A DNA stretch of 48,468 bases, taken from Octopus bimaculoides (lineage: Eukaryota). The position numbers and the translations under genes were made by a program. The stretch lies in assembly GCF_001194135.2 (NCBI RefSeq), contig NC_069004.1:9521739-9570206 (forward strand), in the 5' to 3' direction. This document shows, one piece after another, positions 36,108 to 45,088 of this stretch. The number at the start of each line of letters is the position of its first letter. Position 1 is the first letter of the stretch. Below the pieces are notes generated by a model. That model did not search any database. It saw only the letters and a list, made by a program, of their open reading frames with translations, and was not told where the DNA came from.

Positions 36108-39100
36108 ATCTCTATTTGTCTGTCTGTCTAAGTGGCATTTTGGCCATGTGAGTTCAAATTCTTCCAAGGTCAACTTTGCCTTTCGTCCTTTTGGAGTCGA
36201 TATAATAAATACCAGTTGAATACTGGGGTTGATGTAATTGATTTGCCCCTTCCCCAGAAATTGCTGGCCTTGTGCCAAAATTTGAAACCATTATCAATCT
36301 ATGCTCATTGGAACTGCTGACTTTTTACCCTCTATTTACAAATGTGTGTATGAATGTGTGTGTGTGTGTGTACATATATGTATATATAGAAAGAAGAGAT
36401 ATGTAACTACTATATATCCCTCTCTCTCTTGCTCTCTCTCCCTCTTTCTGCCCCAGCATGGCTGTAGTCCAATGACTGAAATAAGTGAAAGATAAAAGAG
36501 AGATATATATCCATACACTTGTTTATATATTTGTTTGAAATATGCTTTCCCAGTTATGTCCATGGCATGATGGCATTTGGACTTGAAGAGAACAATATGT
36601 ATGAAGAAGCCGAGAAAGAAGCTGCCCAGGTAACATATTTCTGTCTGTTTGCACACCTGTGTATCTGTAGTCTGTGAGTCTGTTAGTCTGTGAGTCTGTT
36701 AGTCTGTGAGTCTGTTAGTCTGTGAGTCCGTTAGTCTGTGAGTCTGTTAGTCTGTGAGTCTGTGAGTCTCTAGTGCATGAAATTGTTAGTCTATTGTCCG
36801 ACATCTGCCTGCCTGCATATTTGTGTGCCTGTCTTGTCCTTCATTTCTTTTGTCCATTTTCTCTTCTATCTCATTCAACTAAGTTTCTTCACGGCAGTGC
36901 CCCAGCATGGCCACAGTCTGGTGACTGAAACAAGTAAGAGAATTGTTTGTGAAAGATAAATCAAAGTAAAAGCATGAAGGTCTCCACAACACAGAAGAAA
37001 TTAAGCAAAGCAATTATCGTTATTTTATCTTCATTGATGTTTTTCTTTGTTAATTATAATGTTCTATTGTTCTTTCTTTTATTCTTTTACTTGTTTCAGT
37101 CATTTGACTGTGGCCATGCTGGAGCACTGCCTTTAGTCGAACAAATCGATCCCAGGACTTATTATTTGTCAGCTTAGTACTTATTCTATCAGTCTCTTTT
37201 GCCAAAGCGCTAAGCTACAAGAACATAAACAAACCAACGTCGTTTGTCAAGTGATGGTGGGGGGGGGGGACAAACACAGACACACAAACATATGCATATA
37301 CATACACACACATATATATATATATAAATATGTGACGGGCTTCTTTCAGTTTCCTTCTACCAAATCCACTCACAAGGCTTTGGTCGGTTTGAGGCTACAG
37401 TGTAGAAGACACTTGCTCAAGGTGCTGAACCCAGAACCATGTTGTTGGTAAGCAAGCTACTTACCGCACAGCCACTTTTGCGCCTATTGATTTCTTTTTT
37501 TTATTGACTTTTTTTTTCAGTCTCTTTCTATCAACAAAACTGATATTTGGGCAAGCCATGCCAAAGGTCATGTCTGGGAAATGCAAGGTGAATTCGAAAA
37601 AGGAATTGATTATTTTGACAAAACCGAAAAGGATTGGTCGGTAAGTTATTTTTTTTTTCTTTGTTGCTGATGTTGTTGTTGTTGTTGTTATTGCTGTTTA
37701 GCCCTTGGTCCAACCTGATCAAGCAGTTTGGAGGTGTTCCTACCGATACTGTCCAGTCTTTTTAGTGATATCTAAGACTAAGTTATCCAGTGTGCTCTTT
37801 ATATTTTTACAATGTGATGTTTGATATGTGGCAGATTTGGTTGCTATTTTTTGCAGACATGGTGATCATATTATGGCTCCCTCATAAGTTTGTGACATAT
37901 TTCAAGTTACAGCAGAGAAAATATTTCTCTTATGGTTAAAAGGTGTGAAAACACCCTATTTGTTCAGTATTGCCATCTATCAAGAATCCCAGATATCAGT
38001 GTTTCAAGCCTGTTGGCTTTTATCAATGGGAGGTACCTAAGCATCTTACTTTTTAAAATATATCTAACACATAAAGAGAGTCTGAAAGATTGCTTGGATA
38101 TACATGGCATATATTGTCTACCTCTCTATCTTTCTATCTATCTGTCTGTCTATCTATCCATCCATCCCCCCATCCACCCATTCATCCAACCAACCAGCCA
38201 ACCAACCAACCAAACCTATCAACCATATAATATCTGTACATTACCCCTGTATTCACCATGTCATTGTTACACTACCTTCCTCTATTACATACCATTGCTA
38301 TATCTATATATTGCTTCCATATATCTGTTATATCAGTTAAATAATGCATGATATCATAAGACAAGTGACCTTCGTATGAACTTTATTTCTGTGGGGTTTT
38401 TTTTTTTGCAGTCATGTGACATGTTAACTTACCATGTTTACTGGCATTGGGCTGTGTACCACATTGAAAGGGTAAGTCTCTACTCCTTTGATTCCATCAC
38501 TGTGAATAATAATAATCCCTTTTTACAGAAAACACAAAGCCTGAAATTTGTGGGGAGAGGACTAGTCGATTACATCGACCCCAGTGTTTCACTGGTACTT
38601 AATTTATCAACCCCAGAAAGATGAAAGCCGAAGTTGACTTCAGTGGAATTTGAACTCACAACATAGTGATGGGTGAAATACCACTAAGCATTTCATCTAG
38701 CATGCTAACGACTGGTTGTTGTTAGCGCAATTTGTCTTTTACTCTGTCACGCCAATCTGCAGTGAATAACCAATTGAAGCCCCTAAATAAGATCACGTGA
38801 GACAGCTTGTTCTCAACCCAGTTTGAGCCTACGGCTCTTTATAAAAACCCAGCTTCACCTCGTCTCAAGGTCTTTATTCCTGACCTTTTAAGGTCTAGCC
38901 ACTGACCATACAAGGCAGCCAGTTCCAGTGACAACACAACAGCAGCCATATTGAGACTTACCAACTTCGTCCAACAGCATTACAGCGACCTCTTTCATCA
39001 GCTTCTTAACGCCATCAACATCCTCTCTCTACATACACAGCTCAACCAGCAACTCACCCAGGTTCCAATACTTCATTGTTCTTGAATTACTTCACCAGGT

Positions 39101-41506
39101 GAAATACTTAGCAGCATTTCGTCTGTCTTCGTGTTCTGAGTCCAAATGCTGCTGAGGTCAACTTTGCCTTTCATCTTTTCAGGGTCGATAAAATAAAGAT
39201 CAGTTGAGCACTGGGAGTGATGTAATTGACTTATCCCCCCACCTAAAGTTTCAGGCCTTGTGCCTATAATAGAAAAATTTATTGTCATTATCATCATCTT
39301 AATAACCACTCTCGCATGCTTTCAGTGATACCATTAGTGGTAAGATTGGTGTCACTTAAGGCATCAATGTCATAGTTAATGATGGTGACACTTGCCATGA
39401 ATATCCTGCTTAAACTGGGGCAAGTCAACACCTACAGGAAAGACATGGACACAGAGGGCGTTCCAAGGGTTTAACAATATGAAGAGGAAGACTTGAGTGT
39501 ATGACTAGTGCAGGGCCTGGAGGTCTGGACACAATGTGGGTAATGGTAGAAGACATGTGGGAATCAGGAATGCTTCAGTGGGGGTAGTATGAGATCAGCC
39601 AGCTCTGATGAGCAGGGACCATAATAGTAGCTGTAGAAACGGTAAAGAGAGGAGAATCAGAAGTTGGAATGTGGAATGAGTGACTTTAAGATCATTTAGT
39701 CCAGTGACCTTTCTCTAAATACAGTCTGTACGTGTAGTAGCAACAGCAGCAGCAGTTGCAGTGGCAGTATTCTAGATGTGGAGGGCAAAACTCCATTGTG
39801 ATTATTATTACTCTCACCTGTGTTTTGAACAGTACCAGTAATTGTTTTGGGGGCAGGATGTGATGTCTTTTATGGCTCTAAAGAAAAGGGTCAGAAGAAT
39901 TGAAGCCTACAAGGTAACTGAATATTGGTTTCTAGTAAGTTCAATTTCTTATTTTCTTCTTTCATCATAGGGAGACTATTCTTCAGCCATGGAAATTTAC
40001 AAAAAAGGGGTAAGTACTAAGTTTTTTTTTTATCTCATTTATTGTAAAAAAGAGATTTTTGTTTTTATGAATTTGAATTTTTGCTGACAGTTTTCTGTTT
40101 ATGTAATTATGTTTTCTACATCAATATATGAATTGGTATCACAATGGGCTTCTTTCAGTTTCTGTCTACCAAATCCACTCACAAGGCTTTGGTCGGTCCG
40201 AGGCTATAGTAGAAGACACTTGCCCAAGGTGCCACGGAGTGGGACTGAACCCGGGACCATGTGGTTGGTAAGCAAGCTACTTACCACACAGCCACTCCTG
40301 CACCTATATTAGCTCACTCTCTCCTTTAAATCAACATTGATTGTATAGATGTATGGTGTATCACATGTTAGGGGCCAAAGTGATTGCAAAGCAATGTGAG
40401 ATGAAGTGCTTTGCTCAAAGACACAACTCACCACCTGGTCCAAGAATTGAAACTACAATCTCATGATTATGAATGCAGCATCCTAACCACTAGACCATGT
40501 GCCTTCACACACTGACCCCCACACACTCATACATATGCCCATCACACACACATGCACACTCACACACACATACATACATACACACATACCTACATACATA
40601 CCTACATACATACATACACACATACCTACATACATACATACATACATGCATACATACATACATATCAAGATATTTAAAGCAAAATAGCAAAACTAGTATT
40701 AAAAATTGTCTCGTATTTAGTTTGCAAAATTATTGATGTGAACTTGTATTTTGAAACAGATTTTGTTGCATTTTGGGAGGGTCATTATGTTAATAATAAA
40801 CACACACACTGATTCAACTTCACTTCTTTTATTATTATTATTAGCCATTTTGTTAACCATTTAAGCAATTAACTAATTGATTGCTTGGTTAATTGTTCTG
40901 TCAATCAATCAATCAAACTAGATTTGTCAATGTCCTTTCATTGCCATTTGCAACCTTGTCAGTGGCATACTTTCTTTACACCACGTCTGCTTCAAAATTG
41001 TCTCAAAATAAAATAAAAATAAGTATATTAGACATCATTGAAATGTTAAAGTAACTCCTCAATCATTCTTTCTATTTCATCTTCAGTTTCATCCAGATGT
41101 TTCAGGCTTTTTAGCCATCAAAGATGCAGCTTCTTTGTTATACCGTCTTGGATTGGAAGGTTGGTAAACTATTTTGTTAAAGAAATTGCTGCTACTACTA
41201 CTGCTTCTTATTCTTTTCCTCCTCTCCTTCTCCATTTGTTCTCCTCCTTCTAGAGCAGGCCTGGCCAACTCAAATTACATTGCAGGCCACTTTAATCACA
41301 GAAAGTTTGCACTATTTAAAGATTCATAAAGTTGGTTGGCTGTTGACTCTCTGGAGATCATCCACTCTTTGACAGGTTGTGGGTTTCATCCTGCAGGGTT
41401 CCAGCAAATTCTACTCTCCTTACCAGACAAGTGCTTCATAAAGTTGTCAGTTTAGTTGCTGACAGCCTAACCATGAATCAGATTGCACTGTATTGCAGGT
41501 TATCAA

Positions 41507-41574
<68 letters not shown>

Positions 41575-41823
41575 CTGCTGCTGCTGTTGTTGTGGAGCTG
41601 TCAGAATTGTTAGCATGCTGGGCAAAATGTTTAAGTGACATTTTTTCTCTGTCCTTATGTTCTGAGTTTAAATGCCACTGAAGTGAACTTTGCCTTTCAT
41701 CCTTTTGGGGTCGATATATTAAGTACCAGTGAAACACTGGGGTTGACGTAATTGACTAGTCCCCTCCACCAAAATTTCAGGCCTTGTACTTTTAGTAGAA
41801 AGGATCAATGTTATTATTATTGT

Positions 41824-41915
<92 letters not shown>

Positions 41916-42305
41916 TTGATTTCAAAATTTTTTGTATCTCAGTGCTATGAGCTAACTTAAGTGGGTTTATTTTGGGACAACAATTTTGGGATTGAATATA
42001 TGAAGGCATATGATGTGGTTCCTCATTTCATGGATTCTGAAATGTCTAGAGATGGTCAGGGCAGTAAAAAATTTGATTTATTTGTTCAAAAATTGTAACC
42101 TCAGCCCTCCAAAAACTTTCAAATGATCTTCACCATTCCTAAAAAGATAGGCCAGTTGCTTGTATTCTGTGTGCTTTTGCAAGCCAGTCTTTTCTGTCCA
42201 CTTCTTGAGCCTCTTAAACTGTTGTCGTTATGGCCTCAATGACAATCAGTATGACCTCACTTCATCTGCAACCCCACAATCTGCTCATCTCTCTTTTCAG
42301 GTCCT

Positions 42306-42340
<35 letters not shown>

Positions 42341-43806
42341 ACCTTGTTAATTTCTTTTTCTGTTATTCTTGTATCAAATGAACAGGTCACATCAATTATA
42401 TAACAAGTCCATTCCCTTTCCTCGAACATTAAGATATCTGATCTTTTATATTTAAAGGGCTTTAATGACTGATGTTTCTAAATTCTTACATTCACACAGA
42501 TATTGATTGCAGCAAGGAATGGAAGGCTGTCTTCAACTTATGCCATTCCCATATGGAGGATCACTTTTTTATATTTCAAGACATACATATCCTAATGGCG
42601 TTGTTGAGTGCAGATGAAATGAAAATGGCACAGGAATTTACGCATTCTATGACCAGTGGTTCTGTGTAAGTCAATTCTTACTGAATGTTGTACCTATGCC
42701 AGGAGCAATTATTAACATCATCATCATCATCATCATTATCATCATTATCATTTCATTTCATTTTATTTTGTCTTGTTTTTTTTTTGTTTTTGTTTTTTTC
42801 AGTCCCACTAGTAAATATTTCCAGAAAATTGTAAAAGAAGTTGGCAAAGCTGTGTGTGAGGCTCTTGTTGCTTATAAAGAAGGGGATTATGCAGATGTTG
42901 TAGAGTTGCTGATGCCAATTCAATTCCAGCTTCGTGAAGTTGGAGGAAGCAATGCTCAGGTGAGTTGACCGAGGAATTGTTTTTGTATTTTTTTTTTGGT
43001 AAATTTCCTCATGGAAGTAAGTGTAGTTGTTGTCATTGTTTAACCCTCGACTGGTCAATTCTGGTGAAAGGTTTCCACTTGTGACCATCTCGACCTAATT
43101 TCAGGCAACAAGTTCTAGGATTACATCATCCAATGTATCTGTCTCCCCACCATTGCTAGACAACTGATGCTAATGTATTTATGTCCCTGTAACACAGCAG
43201 TTCAGCAAAAGTGAGCAATAGAATAAATACTAGGCTTACAAAAAATAAGTCCTGGGGTCGATTTCTTCGACAGTGCTCCAGCATGGCTGTAGTCAAATAA
43301 CTGAAACAAGTAAAAGAATAAAAGAACATGTGTGTGTGTGTGTGTATATAAATATATATTCTTTTCTCTTTTACTCTTTTACTTGTTTCAGTCATTTGAC
43401 TGTAGCCATGCTGGAGCACCGTCTTTAGTGGAACAGATTGACCCCAAGACTTATTCTTTGTAAACCTAGTACTTATTCTATCGGTCTCTCTTGACTAAAG
43501 GCGGTGCTCCAGCATGGCTGCAGTCAAATGACTGAAACAAATAAAAGAACATATCCGAGAAATGGAACAAGAATGCAATGGACGACAATAAAATATCCGG
43601 ACAGATAGACAATACAAAGACAAACAGGAAACATAACCAGTGCTTGTGCACCATTACCTCAATACCCAAGACATCAGCTTTCCTCAGGACCTGTAAGTCT
43701 GGAGTGTTTAAGGTCCAGTCAACATTCAGAATGTGTCTCAGACATCTCTGATGAAAGTGTTCAAGGACCCTTACATGACATTTGTAAAGGGTCCATGTCT
43801 CAAATT

Positions 43807-43850
<44 letters not shown>

Positions 43851-45040
43851 ATTATATGTATTTCTTCTATCTTAATGAATAAAAATTCTTCGGATAGAAT
43901 AAATGGGTTAATAGAAACCAATGTAACAAAGAACACAAAATAACTGTGGTGTAGTTCCTGTTTTTAAGGCAGGAACTCCTTGAAATTTTATATATATATA
44001 TATATAAATGGATGGGTGAATTTACCTTTTGTTTACAGTAAACATGAAAAATTCAATAAACAATTACCAGGGTAGCAAAATTCACACAAGTCACAAGCAT
44101 GTAGCAACCTGTTCAAAGGCAGAAACTCCGGGTTAATGTGCAGTAGTTCGTATAGTATAAGTAAATAAATGGAGTTAAACATACTTTCTGAAGCATAGTT
44201 ATGCTATAAAAAAATGGAAAGTCACCAATTTAGCAAAAGTTACAATGCGACACCAATGTAACATATATATATATATATAAAAGCAAATGGAAAATGAAAA
44301 CAAAAACAACACAATTCAAAAGCCATACACAGTGAATATATTAGGTTTATGCTCAATCTAAATTGGAAAAAAAAAGTGGTGGGAGGGTGTGACGTTTTGA
44401 GCATGGTTCTTCATCAGAAAGAGGAAAGGTCAAGAGAGAAGGAAAAAATAGTCCAAGAAAAGTACATTTGTGGTTATATGGCTGAAGTGACCTGAATTGG
44501 AAATAGAAAGATGTGTACATGTACACATGTGCACATACATGCCCTGACACATCCATACATTGTGAGACATTCATTTAACCACATAGGTACACAGCTACAG
44601 GCCACTATACAACTTAGCATATACATACATACATACATAAGAATTTACATGTGAACAGGTTTATCCTGTTTCTTGAATTATGTAAGCAGGTCACCCATGA
44701 AGCTTTAGGAGAAATGAAAGCGTTTGCTCTCACAATGTTCTCATTAGTCATTCTATAATTCAAAGGAAAAAGAACCCAGCTTTACTGTTCTATAAAGTTG
44801 GGTTAGAATGACCCAACAATACATAGATTTACCAATATTACATTGACATAATGTGGGTGGGTCCTTTTTGGTGTCTTTCTTTGCAGACACAAATTGCTTC
44901 ATGTTTAACAAGTTTACTTCTCACCTACATAGTTTTAAATTGAGTCCCACTACATGACACCTTGGGCAAGTGTCTTCTACTATAGCCCCATGCTAACCAA
45001 AGCGTTGTGAGTGGATTTGGCAACAGAAACTGATAAAAGC

Positions 45041-45088
<48 letters not shown>

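Noticed and set aside
39600-39645. CTGATGAG...GAAAC hammerhead candidate; also CTGATGA at 20749 and on the minus strand near 9896
   Set aside because: Stem II does not close onto GAAA, and stems I and III are absent.
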